Below are positions 50,601 to 61,555 of a DNA stretch of 64,000 nucleotides, in pieces. Source of the DNA: Hypanus sabinus (lineage: Eukaryota); assembly GCF_030144855.1 (NCBI RefSeq), contig NC_082712.1, positions 42,036,001-42,100,000 of the forward strand, written 5' to 3'. The stretch's first letter is position 1, and each line of letters begins with the position of its first letter. Below the pieces are notes generated by a model. That model did no database searches and was not told the DNA's origin. It saw only the letters and a list, made by a program, of their open reading frames with translations. The translations under genes were made by a program, and so were the position numbers.

Positions 50601-53600
50601 GAACTGTAACCTTTTAATCAAAACATAGCATCGTAGGTGGAGACTGAAAGGCTGCCATTGCTTGTTGTCCAACAGCTGATTCAGGTATTCTCCCTCTAGT
50701 GTGCTGCTTTTGTTACTCTGTACACGCAGTTTCATTAATGGCATATAATAATTTGTTTTACTGTTAAGTGTGATGAACAAGTACAAGACAGAGACTGCTT
50801 ACCGGTAGTACACAAATTCAGCATCTGAAACGCCAGTGACCCCAGTCTCATTATATACTCCAAAGTCGGAAAAAATCCAAAACACTTTCGGCCCCAAGAA
50901 TTTCAAATAAGGGTTAGCCAACCTGTGTATTTATGGCAACAGTAACAGCTTCTTGGTTATTGAGGGCCAAATAGCAGCCCAAAAATTCTAAAGTCTAAAT
51001 TCTAAAAATTCTAAATGGTGGTTCTGAATGAACACCCTGTGGTTTCAACGGAAACACTTAATACATAGAGATCCACCTGATAAATATTGGTGGTAAATGT
51101 GGGTGCATCCAATACTGAAAATGGTATAATGGCCCAAAGCCTCAGTGTTGAAAACAATAACTTGATCACAAGCAAACTTTGTGTGGACAAGCAAAATCAA
51201 CTAATATAACCACAGAGATTAAATCAATTTCAGCTCTTCAACATTCTCCACCACCCATACTCACAAAACACTGAATGGAGATAACAGATCACCCAATGAG
51301 TCCTTTCTCTTTTCTTTTTGATTATTGCCCAGCACGAGATGGTGGAATCTTTTATGCAGAGTGGTGAGTGCGTGGAATGGGTTGCTGACAACGATGGTGG
51401 AGGCAGATATAATAGGGTCTTTTAAGACTTTTGGATAGGTACATGAAGCTTAGAAGAATAGGTGGCTATAGGTAAGCCTAGTAATTTCTAAGGTAGAGAC
51501 ACGTTCGGCACAACTTTGTGGGCCAAAGGGCCTGTATTGTGTTGTAGTTTTTCTATGTTTCTGTGTATTGCAGAATAGCTTGCAATTTTAAACCACTGCA
51601 TGCATTGTAAGCAGGGCCACAAAGGATTTCACCTTCCTTTCATCACAAAAAAAGGGACCAGTTGGACTTTCACGCTTCAATATTACCAGTTATAAATCAT
51701 TTATAACTGTATTCAGTTTTGGGTAAGGAGTGTAGAGGTTAGCGTTGGATTTGAACTAATGTTCTCTACATTTGTCCAGTAACAACTCTGAATTATGATT
51801 AATGCTGGAAACACAGTACCTTATTAAATACTTCTTTACTGACTGTATCAATATTCCACGAACTCATTCTCTCATTCCAGATCAGCTCTTCTTCCTTTTG
51901 CCTCCATTCATCCTCTTTCTTTTTCAGCTCCCAGTATTCAGTCTGTGCTTTGGCACGCTCTTGTTCCAAAGACTCAGAGTTGTGCAGCTCCAAATTGCAA
52001 AGTCTCTGCTGAGCTTCAGCCAGCTTCCATCTGCACTCCACTGTCTTCTTCATCAACTCCTGCTCCTTGTGACAAACACTCTCCACACCACCAGTACACA
52101 CCTAGAATGTAGGAGGCATTGCCCAAAAGTATCGAGGGACAAATGTCCCACACAGCATGGAGTAGGCAAAGACACACAAAAAAAAACAATCAAATAGTTT
52201 TACAGCACAATGGACCAGTAATGCTTGTGTTCAAGTCAACTTTACCAGAAGTTCCCAAATTGGGTCAAACCCAATAAGAACCTTCTCAATGCCAGCTTAC
52301 AGCTAATTCGTTTTACCCTTGACATCAAGAATCAGGCAGAAGCATTGGTAATAACCAAAAGCCAACAGCAGGCAATATCCTTACTCTAGTGATGAAAACC
52401 TTTGCTCTAGCCATTAGTTGTACCTCTCGCCAAGCTGCTCAAATCCTATAACAATACTGGCACCTACCTGACAACTTGGACTACTGCCACACATGCCCTA
52501 TTCTGGCTAATTGCCAACTCACCAGTCAACTCTCAAAAGATAGAAGAGGCTGCTGCTATCAAGTAGCACTCATTCAGCAAAATCTGTTCACCAAAGCCCA
52601 GTCTGGATTTCACCAGGGCTACCCAGGCCTCACCACAGCCTTAGTCCAAATATGGACTAAAGAGCTGAGTTTCAGAAGCAAGATGAGTCACCACCCTCAC
52701 AAATGAAAATCCCTATTGTTGAGATTCATACTTGGCACTAAGGAAGGTGGTTGAGAATCAGTATTAGAAGCCCTGGGACATCAGTGAAGAAGTTCCCTGG
52801 GTGATACCCAAAACCTACCATCTACAACAGCTTCATCAATCTTTCCAAAATATTCATATTCATCGCTGATCAGAAATGATCAAACTTCTTAGCTAACTGA
52901 AACCAGCAAGACACATAAGGAAGTGTGCAAGCTAGAAAAGTGGCAGATAATGACATTTTCACAAGAGCACTAAGAGACAGGAATACAAATTAAAATATCT
53001 ACTGCTGGCATTTAGTACCTCAGCCTCAAGCACTGAAGCTATCAGAGGCTGGACGACTCTCCTCTTATCACACTTCAGTTTTCATAACTCAAGAGCACTT
53101 CTCCAGTTGCCTAGATGAGATTCACTCCAACAACTTTCAAGAGCCTTGACACTACACAAGAAAAAGTCTCCGGAACTGACACCCGATCTGCCACCGGCAC
53201 CAAGTATCTGCAATTACTTACTTCGATCACCAACCCCATGACCTCTACCATAGGCCACCACCTTACAAGCTAACAGAAGTGTACAGTACAGGAAAAGGCC
53301 TTTCAGTCACCATGTTTGTGCCAAGCACGACAAACTAAACTAATTGCATCTGTTTGAACATGGTCTACATTCCACCATTACCTGCCTGTTCACGTGTTTG
53401 TTTGAATGCCTTTAAATATCGCTTTCATATCTGCTTTAACCATTTGTTGTAGCAGCTCGTTCTTGGCTCCCACCTTTCTCTACGTTAAAAAAAAATGTGC
53501 CTACCCTTTTAAGCCTAACCTCTCTCACCTTAAAACTGTGATCTTCAATATTTGACATTTCCACCCTGGGAGGAAAAAAGATGGTCTACTCTATTTATAC

Positions 53601-53874
53601 TCCCTTTCCCCCGTACTCCTGCTGGGCGCTCCCTTCGCAGTAAAGCCCCCCCCCACTCTTCACCCAGAGGCTCTACCCCTCTCCCCCACCCCACCCACCC
53701 ACCTACCCCCGTATAATGCGGGCCGGCCGCTAGGGCAAACTAGTGACTGCCAGGACCAACCTGGCTCCGCCACGCTACCCCAGGGAGGAGTCTATATTTT
53801 TCTCCGCCCTCGTCTTCCTCCTCGCCGTCGTTATCGGAAGCGGCGCCGGGAAAACCAGCCTGATACTCCATCAT
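38535..53874 (-). CDS. CDC37L1: Hsp90 co-chaperone Cdc37-like 1 (Harc); complete 8-exon model, 360 aa
   Basis: complement join(53761-53874, 51820-52101, 49812-49914, 45694-45809, 42647-42769, 41140-41307, 40510-40578, 38535-38642) = 1083 nt, open. LHNSESLEQE and LMEQVAHQAVVMQFI...DPRGCFR match human CDC37L1. Lacks the CDC37 MVDYSVWDHIE N-terminus. Tail-to-tail with AK3 as in human. Confidence 0.94.
40510..40578 (-). CDS. CDC37L1: CDC37L1 exon 7 (CDC37-like segment)
   Basis: ccttccaaaag|CTC AAA TGG...CCT CAG|gtatgt, 69 nt, phase 0-0. LKWCFQLQDVHILQNVLSSINPQ versus CDC37 LQKCFDVKDVQMLQDAISKMDPT. Confidence 0.82.
41140..41307 (-). CDS. CDC37L1: CDC37L1 exon 6 (GC donor)
   Basis: acaaag|ATA GCC...CCA CAG|gcaagt. 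IAEEGYMDAFNAELAAFIQRVREF...YPVEVFESLPQ. Confidence 0.88.
42647..42769 (-). CDS. CDC37L1: CDC37L1 exon 5
   Basis: ttgcag|AAA...AGG|gtaagg, 123 nt. KQALMEQVAHQAVVMQFIVELGRSLQQDPRGCFRQFFEKAR. Confidence 0.95.
43584..45352 (-). mobile_element. hAT DNA transposon (Charlie/SPIN/OC1, GTF2IRD2-like transposase), internally deleted
   Basis: TIRs CAGGGTCAGCAACCT / AGGTGGCCTACCCCTG. 8-bp TSD ATCTAAGC / CTCTTAGC (6/8). N-terminus MAMNAKHRKVNTECQNFQDSWTLNYFF, FTDGEFVKECL, C-terminal LFGSTCLCEQLF...QHQVSH* (pseudo-transposase about 43946-44951). Confidence 0.9.
45694..45809 (-). CDS. CDC37L1: CDC37L1 exon 4
   Basis: tctag|GC ATG...GAG|gtaagg, 116 nt. MLKRWIDSQRYLSDHSHLVCQETANYLIKWCFHLKEEE. Confidence 0.95.
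46400..49617 (+). mobile_element. CR1 LINE ORF2 remnant interrupted by a PLE
   Basis: IQESLDSGMVPEEWKITNV, then after the insertion TPFFKKG...QHDFLEGKICVTNLLEF, KVADD and the CR1 3' end. Confidence 0.88.
46934..48299. mobile_element. Penelope-like element with inverted 3' duplication and 12-bp TSD
   Basis: Minus terminus at about 46934-47257 joined to a plus copy at about 47258-48299. AATTACAAATGT at 46922-46933 and 48300-48311. Confidence 0.88.
49812..49914 (-). CDS. CDC37L1: CDC37L1 exon 3
   Basis: aatag|AGT GTG ATC...TTT G|gtaagt, 103 nt. SVINKSTKCKEAEEDKYGKNATFAQKYEQQIRHF. Confidence 0.92.
50073..50925 (+). mobile_element. Tigger4/MER46-like (pogo family) deletion derivative
   Basis: TA|CAGGTTGAGTAC... 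left end, right end reverse complement CAGGTTGGCTAACCCTTATTTGAAATTCTTGGGGCC. Internal NGMLIIKQANIYNPELTIECNCEYSAGWFHNFK (CENP-B-type HTH) and DENLIAEQVYNAD. Confidence 0.82.
51345..51563 (+). mobile_element. CR1 extreme 3' end
   Basis: Same 3' UTR as the copies at 11589 and 60403. Confidence 0.85.
51820..52101 (-). CDS. CDC37L1: CDC37L1 exon 2
   Basis: ttctag|GTG TGT...AAT AAG|gtactg, 282 nt. Coiled-coil region CRWKLAEAQQRL...LHNSESLEQE...SKEVFNK. Confidence 0.95.
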
Positions 53875-54170
53875 CTTCGGCCGCTCCCTACGCGCCCGCC
53901 CGCCCGCCCGGTGTAACAAAGCGGCCGGAGCACGTGACCGCGCCTGCGTCAGGAGGACTTCGGGGGGGGGGGGCGTGTGAACGTTCGCATCACGTGACGC
54001 GTCACCGGCCCGGCTGTGTGTCACGTGATCGGAATGCAAGCGATGCAGTTGGCGGCGTGGGCACCACGTCACTGCGCCAGCGGCCGCAAACTGGCAGAGA
54101 GGGGCAGCAGCTGCTGTGGAATGCTGTCTGCTGGTTGCGGGCAAGGCTAAGGTCCCGCTTCGTCCTCTGC
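53610..54170 (-). promoter_or_regulatory. CpG island and CDC37L1 promoter with three GTCACGTG E-boxes
   Basis: CACGTGAC 53931-53938, ATCACGTGAC 53989-53998, GTCACGTGAT 54020-54029, plus GC-box repeats and a G12 tract. Confidence 0.75.
53761..53874 (-). CDS. CDC37L1: CDC37L1 coding exon 1
   Basis: aagATGATGG. MMEYQAGFPGAASDNDGEEEDEGGEKYRLLPGVAWRSQ. Donor CAG|gttggt, phase 0. Lies in the CpG island. Acidic like the human exon 1 but poorly conserved. Confidence 0.8.
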
Positions 54171-56572
54171 ACCAAGCAATCTGCTGCAGGAACTGAGCAA
54201 GTCAAGCATGATCTGTGAGGAACTGTGGACGTTTCGGGAAATACTACTACTCACCACGCTCAGATGGTGCAACAGATTGTTGCCTTGGAAATGTGCAGTT
54301 TGCAACCAACCCCGCGGCCACCGACGGGTGCACCTCTGGCAGCGTAGGATATCAATCAACACCCCAGTGGCCAATCATTCGTTTTAATCCAATGGTCCCA
54401 CCTTCCCCCTCTGCCCTTGATCCTTTCAACATCTTAAATACAAATTGTCACGTATTGAGGTACGGGGTGGGGGGGATATTGATGCTTCTGTTCATTCAGA
54501 TTAATTACATCAGTGCATTTAGGTAGTACAAGGTAAAACTAAAACAATATAGAATAAACTTACAGAGAAAGTGCAGATAAACAGTAAGGTGCAAGTTCAT
54601 AACAATGTGGATTATGAGATCAGGAGTCCATCTTATTGCACTAATTCAGTAGTCTTATAACAGCTAGATAGAAGAACAAATTTACCACCCTATGTGTGAA
54701 GACATTTCTAAATGGAAAGCTTTTATTGCACAGTCTCCAGCCATAGTGATCATCCTCCCTGTGTCCAATTAGGCTATAGGTCTAACCAACCCAATTTCTC
54801 ATTCATCAGCTGTGCCATCTCAGGTCAATCAGCTTTCTTTGCACTCATTACATGAAAAGAACATCCTCGCATGAGGAGAGCAAAACTGCACACACAATCC
54901 CAGTTGTGGATTCACAGGTGTAATGAGATAGTTTTGCAACAATTGCCCTAGTTGCCACCAGATTACTGGTGCCACATTGCTCACACAAAATGTTTCCTGG
55001 CTCTGTCTTCTGCTGGCAACTTTATTTTGAGCACTCTGTGTGGACATGCAGAATTACTGTGGTAACCCTCAACCTCAATCTTCCACACTGTCAAAGCTAT
55101 CATGAAAAAAATATTGGAAATAGGAGACAGAAGAATACAGCAAATGACAAACCCTTTAGCCTGCATGTCAGTGCCAGCCATGAGGCCACTCAAAATAATC
55201 CCACTTGCCTGCACATAATCTATATCTCTCCATACCTTGCCTGTGCGAGCAGCTGTCCAAGTGCTTCTGAAGTTTTGCTATCATATTTGTTTCCGTCACC
55301 TCCCCTCACAACACAATCCACTCAATGTGTCACGAAAACTTACCTTGCACGCTTTAAACTTGCTCTCTTTCATCTCAAACTTCTGACTTCTCATATTTGC
55401 CATTTCCACCCTGGGTAAAAAGACTACTAACTACTCAGATCATCTACCCTAAATGGGACTTCTGAGGGTAAATTGGAGTTAGTCCAGGCATTGGTGCTGG
55501 TATTAGGATGAAGATTTATCTAATATGTTGCCTCTTTGATCTACAATTGAACTGGATGAAAGTGTTGACAAAGCAAAATTAGGCAATTGTACCTTTCCTA
55601 TTGTATCTTCAGACAGCAAAATACCTGAACACTGCTGAATAATCGGAGTTCACTGCCTAAATCACTTGCTGCATTGCTGTATAAATGCTTGATTACACTG
55701 CAGTTTTAATGTCTGATGCAACCTTCCTGCTTAGTTCAATAACAAGTATGACTGCAGCTCAGGAATTTTCAGATACTTCATATCTAGGAGAGAGTACCAA
55801 ATTCATGGCTTCTGTCAAGTATAGATTATATAGCTTCTATGAAAATAAACCTCACATGGTGTTATCTGCATTTGTCACCTTTCTCCTCTGGTAACGTAGT
55901 GCTGATCAGACATGAAATCTATCATTCATCTTGTTCTCGTGGGTCATGCTGATTTGCTGAGACTGAAACAAACAAACTCCTGCTGCAGAACGAAGTTTAA
56001 GTCTGTGATCATAGTAATACCAAGTGCTAACCAAGGCAGAATTAATAACAACAATAATGCAGGATTGCATATCCTGTAAGAGGAATGTGCAGATTATTTC
56101 ACAATGTGCCAATGAACTGCGACACATTTAATGGTAAGTAATATTCATAAAATATCTCAGTTATAACAATTAAGTGCATTAAACATTACCAGGATAAATT
56201 CTAGCTTATATTTTACTCTTCACACTCAAAGAATATTGTTGCTTTTTTGACAATTTTTTGTATATTACCATTTTCAGCTTTACTCTGCATTTTGATTATT
56301 TGAGAACATTCAGCAATGAGAAGCAAGGATGATGCAGACAAAAACTTTTTAAGTTTTGTGTCAACTTTCACTACGTTCTCACTCAAGGCTTTTTCCATAT
56401 TTATTCTGTAACAATGTAGGAGGCTATTTGGCCCATCAAGTCCATTCTAGCTCTCAGGAATCTCAATCTGTCATTTATTTACTTAGTTCCCTGTAATCTA
56501 CTCACACACATCTTCTTCAACACTTTTCTGATTCTCCAACCAGCTACCTACATTAGGTATAGTTTATCATAA

Positions 56573-57360
56573 ACATGAGAAAGTCTGTAGACGCTGGAAA
56601 TCCAAAGCAATGCACACAAAATCCTAGAGGAACTCAGCAGATCAGGCAGCATCTGTGGAAATGAGTAAACAGTTGAAGTTTTGGGCCAAGGCCCTTCTTG
56701 AGCACTGGAAAGGAATGGGGAAAGATGTCTGAATAAAAAGGTGAGAGGAGGGGAAGGAGGATAACTAGAAGGTGATAGGTGAAACCAGGTGAGTAGGAAA
56801 GATAAAGGGCTGGAGAGGAAGGAATCTGATAGGGGAACACTGGACAGTAGGAGGAAGAGGAGGAAGGAACCCAGGGGGAAGTGATAGGCAGGTGAGAAGA
56901 GGTAGAAGGCCAGAATGGGGAACAGAAGAAGAGGTGAGGGAGAGGGAATTATTTTTACAGGAAGGACAAACTGATATTCATGCCATCAGGTTGGAGGCTA
57001 ACCAGACAAAATATAAAAAGTTGTGCCTCCACCTTGAGGGTGGCCTCATCTTGGTACACGAGGAGACAGTGAACTCTCACATGGGAATGGGATTCGGAAT
57101 TAAAGTATCTGACCATCCGGAAATCCCACTTTTTGGCGGATGCAGTGGAGATGCTCGACAAGCTGATCCCTCAATTTATACTGGGGTCTCATCAGTGTAG
57201 AGGAGGCAGCACTGGGATCACCAGGCACAATAGGTGACCCCAGCAGATTTGCAGGTGAAGTGTTGCCTCACCTTGAATAGAGATGACAGAGGAGGTGAAT
57301 GGGCAGGTGTAGCACTCAGTCACTTGCAGAGTATCAGGAGGCTGATTAGTGGGGAAGGAC
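56573..57360 (-). mobile_element. Penelope-like element 3' fragment
   Basis: EATLKVEAQLFIFCLVSLQPDGMNI and PLE terminus at 56573-56710. Confidence 0.8.
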
Positions 57361-57365
57361 GTATG

Positions 57366-58735
57366 GTACATAGAGCTTAGAAAAATAGAGGGCTACGCGC
57401 TAGGGAAATTCTAGGCAGTTTCTCGAGTAGGTTACATGGTCAACACAACATTGTGGGCCGAAGGGCCTGTAATGTGCTGCAGATTTCTATGTTCTATGAC
57501 GAGGAAATCACAAGGGAACCTAATAACCATGCTAACCTAACAATGGAAATATAATTGGGAAGTGAGAGGAAACTGGAACACCCACTGAAAATCCATGTGG
57601 TCAGAGAAACAATGTGCAGACCCCACACAGTTATCATCAGAAGTCAGAATCAAATGCTCACTCTCTCTGAATGGAGGCCTGAGGCGTGCCACAGGACTCA
57701 GAGCTGGGTCTGTCGATCTTTATCGTCTGGACGATAATTTGGTAAATTGAATCAATAAATTTGTGGATGGACACCAAGATTTCGGGAGTGGTGAACAGTG
57801 AGGAAAGCTATCAAAGTTTCCAGCAGGATCTGGACCAGCTGAATGGCAGGGATGTGCTGAAATATGACAGATGGAATTTAATGCAGACAGGTGTTGCACT
57901 TTGGGTGGAAAAACCAGGGTAGGGCTTACACAGTGAATGGCTGGGCACTGAGGGATGTGGTAGAAAAGAGGGATCTGGGAATACGATCCATAAATCTTGG
58001 AAGTGGTGTCACAGGTACATTGGGTTGTAAAGAGGGCTTTTGGCACCTTGGCCTTTATAAATCATTGTTTTGAGTACAGGAATTCATAGTATTGCGTATA
58101 GGAGTACAGGAACATAGCTCACAACTAGATATGATGGCAAGGCGAGCTTTTGGCACACTGCCTTCTGTAAATCATAGTATTGAGTATTGGTATGTTATAA
58201 TGAAGTTGTATAAAACATTGGAGAGGCCTGATCTGGAGTATTGTGCTGTTCTGGTCAGCTACCGACAGGACCGATATCAGTAAGATTGAAAGAGTACAGA
58301 GAAAATTTACAAGGAACTTACTGGGACCTGAGTTATAGTTTAGTACTTGGTTCGCTGTAGGAGAATGAGGGGAGATTGAATGGAGTTATACAAAATTATG
58401 AGGGGTATAGATAGGGCAAATGCAAGTAGGCTTTTCCCACTGATGTTGGGCGAGACTAAAACTAGAGGTCAGAGATTTATGGTGAAAAGTAAAATATTTA
58501 AGGGAACTTGACAGGGAATTTCTTCACTCAGAGGGTAATGCAAGTATGGAACTGGTGATGCCAGTGTAAGTGGTAAATACAGGTTCAATTTCAACGTTTA
58601 CGAGAAATTTGGATAGGTATGTGGTATGGAGGGTTCTGGTCCAGGTATGACTCAATGGTACGAGGCTGAATAACTGTCTAGTACAGATTAAAGGAGCAGA
58701 ATGACCCTTTACTGTGCTCTCGCACTCTATCACTC
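57366..58735 (+). mobile_element. Cluster of CR1 3' fragments with a small V-SINE piece
   Basis: CR1 tail at 57366-57498. LHFGWKNQGRAYTVNG and MKLYKTLERPDLEYC. Confidence 0.75.
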
Positions 58736-58755
58736 TTGTCAGACTAAATTGCTTA

Positions 58756-60346
58756 CAGTGGTGTTAGAAACTTTGTGAATCCTGTAGAATTTTCTCTATT
58801 CCTGCATAAATATGACCTAAAATGTGATCAGATCTTCACTTAGGTCCTAAAACTAGATAAAGAGAACCCAATTTAATAAATAACTCAAAATACATTACAC
58901 TTGATAATTTATTCATTAAGAAAAATGATCCAATATTACAGGTATTTGTTGGATAAAATATGTGAACCTCTGGAGTAATATCTTCTACAAATGCTATTTG
59001 GAGTCGGATGTAATGAGATTGGAGGTGTGAGTTGCAGAGGTGCCCTGCCCTATTAAAAAAAACACACAAAGTCAGGTTACTAACAGAGTCTGCTTTTCTC
59101 AAGAATGATCTGTTTATGTGCACTATGCCTCGATCAAAACAACTTTCAGAGGACCTTAGAAGAAGAATTGTAGAGATGCATGAAGCTGGAAAAAATGACA
59201 AAAACATTTCTAAAGACCTCAATGTTCATCAGTCCACAGTAAGAGAAATTGTCTATGAATAGAGGAAACTCAGTACTGTTGCTACAGTCCTTAGGAGTGG
59301 GCAAACTGCAAGAATCACACTGAGCACAACGTGCAATGTTGAAGGAAGTGAAAAAAGAACCCAAGGGTACCAGCAAAAGGCCTGCAGAAATGTCTGGAAC
59401 TTGCTAAAATCTTTGTTCATGTGTTCACTATAAGAAAAGAAACAAGAATGACGTTTGTGGAACATTCATCAAAGAAACCACTGCTCTTCAAACAAAAAAA
59501 AATTGCTGCACATCTCAAGTTTGAAAAAGACCACGTGGATGTTTTACAAAGCTTCTGGTACAATGTTTGGTGGACAGATGAGACAAAGGTTGAACTTTTT
59601 GCAAGGACTGCACAGTGCCACATTTGGAGGAAGAAGGGCGCTGCACTCAACACCAAACCCAGCTGTGAAGCATGGTGGAAAGTACATCACGGTTTGGGGT
59701 TGTTTTGCTGCCTCAGGGCCTGGACAACTTGCATTCTCTAAGGGAACAATGAATTCAAAATTGTATCAAGACGTTTTACTGGAGAATGTCAGGGTAGCAG
59801 TTAATCACCTGAAGCTTAACAGAAGTTGGTAGATGCAACAAGACAATGATCGAAAGCCAAGAGTAAATCAACAACAGAATGGTTTGAAAATTAGAAAATT
59901 TGTGTTTTGGAATGGCTGAGTCAAACTTCTGACTTTAATCATATAGAAATGGTGTGGAAGGACCTGAAGCAAGATGTTCATTCAAGGACGCACACCAACA
60001 TCCCAGAGTTATGCAGTTTTGTAAGGAGGAATGGCCTAAAATTCCCCAAAGCCAATGTGCAGGACTGATCTACAGTTACTGGAAATGTTTGGTTGAAGTT
60101 ATTGCTGTACAAGGGATCACACCAGTTACTGAGAGCAAAGGTTCACATAATTTCTCCAACAAATACATGTACCATTGGATCATTTTTCTCAATAAGTATC
60201 TGAACATGTATAATGTTTTTGTATTATTTATTTAAATAGGTTCTCTTGATCTAGTTTTAGAACTTATGTGAAAATCTGATCACATTTTGGTCATATTTAT
60301 GCAGAAATCTTTAAAATTCTACAAGGCTCACAAACTAGCAACACTG
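58756..60346 (+). mobile_element. Tc1-like transposon with long (about 210 bp) TIRs and a pseudogenised DDE transposase
   Basis: TA|CAGTG...CACTG. TIRs at about 58756-58967 and 60137-60346. ATG at 59125 MPRSKQLSEDLRRRIV, then WTDETK, VKHGGKYITVWGCF, MQQDND, DFNHIEMVW. Stops and frameshifts present. Confidence 0.93.
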
Positions 60347-60402
60347 TCATTTGGTATGCCTGCCTTCATAGGCCAAGCTATTGATAGCACATTTGGAATG
60401 TT

Positions 60403-61555
60403 ATAGAAACGTAGAAAACATACAGCACCATACAGGGCCTTCGGCGCACAAAGTTGTGCCGAACATGTCCCTACCTTAGAAATTACTAGGCTTACTCATA
60501 GCCCTCTATTTTTCTAAGCTCCATGTACTTATCCAAAAGTCTCTTGAAAGATCCTATCGTTTCCGCCTCCCCCACCGTTGCCAGCAGTCCATTCCACGCA
60601 CTCACCACTCTCTGTGTAAAAAAATAACTCCTGACATCTCCTCTGCACCTACTCCCCAGCACCTTAAACCTGTGCCCTCTTGTGGCAGCCATTTTAGTCC
60701 CGGGAAAAAGCCTCTGACCATCCACACAATCAATGCCTTTCATCATACTGTAAACCTCTATCAGGTTACCTCTCATCCTCCTTTGCTCCCAAGGAGAAAA
60801 GGCCAAGTGAACTGAACCTGTTGTCATAAGGCCTGCTCCCCAATCCAGGCAATCCTTGTAAATCTCCTCTACACCCTTTCTATAGTTTCCACATCCTTCC
60901 TGTAGTGATGTGACCAGAACTGAGCACAGTACTCCAAGTGGGGTCTGACCGGTGTTGTGTATATAGCTGCAACATTACCTCTCAGCTCCTAAATTCAATT
61001 CCACGATTGATGAAGGCCAATACACTGTACGCCTTCTTAATCACAGAGTCAACCTGCACAGCTGCTTTCAGTGTCCTATGGACTCAGACCTCAAGATACC
61101 TCTGATCCTCCACACTACCAAGAGTCTTACCATTTATACTATATTCTGCCATCATATTTGACCTTCCAAAATGAACCACTTCACACTTATCTGGTTTGAA
61201 CTCCATCTGTCACTCTCAGCCCAGTTTTGCAAACTATCAATGTTCTGCTGTAACCTCTGACAGCCGTCCACACTATCCACAACACCCCCAACCTTGGTGT
61301 CATCAGCAAACTTACTAACCCATCCCTTCACTTCCTCATCCAGGTCATTTATAAAAATCACGAAGAGTAAGAGTCCCAGAACAGATCCCTGAGGCACTCC
61401 ACTGGTGACTGACCTCCATGCAGAATATGACCCGTCTACAACCACTCTTTGCCTCCTGTGGGCAAGGCAGTTCTGGATCCACAAAGCAATGTCCCCTTAG
61501 ATCCCATGCCTCCTTACTTACACAATAAGCCCTGTATGGGGTACCTTATCAAATA
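60403..61555 (-). mobile_element. CR1 LINE 3' portion
   Basis: SGVPQGSVLGLLLFVIFINDLD...KFADDTK and FFTQRVVSAWN. Confidence 0.92.

Noticed and set aside
38535-53874. Assignment as CDC37 because of the CDC37-like C-terminus
   Set aside because: It lacks the MVDYSVWDHIEVSDDE N-terminus, has the CDC37L1-specific LHNSESL and HQAVVMQF sequences, and sits at the CDC37L1 locus.
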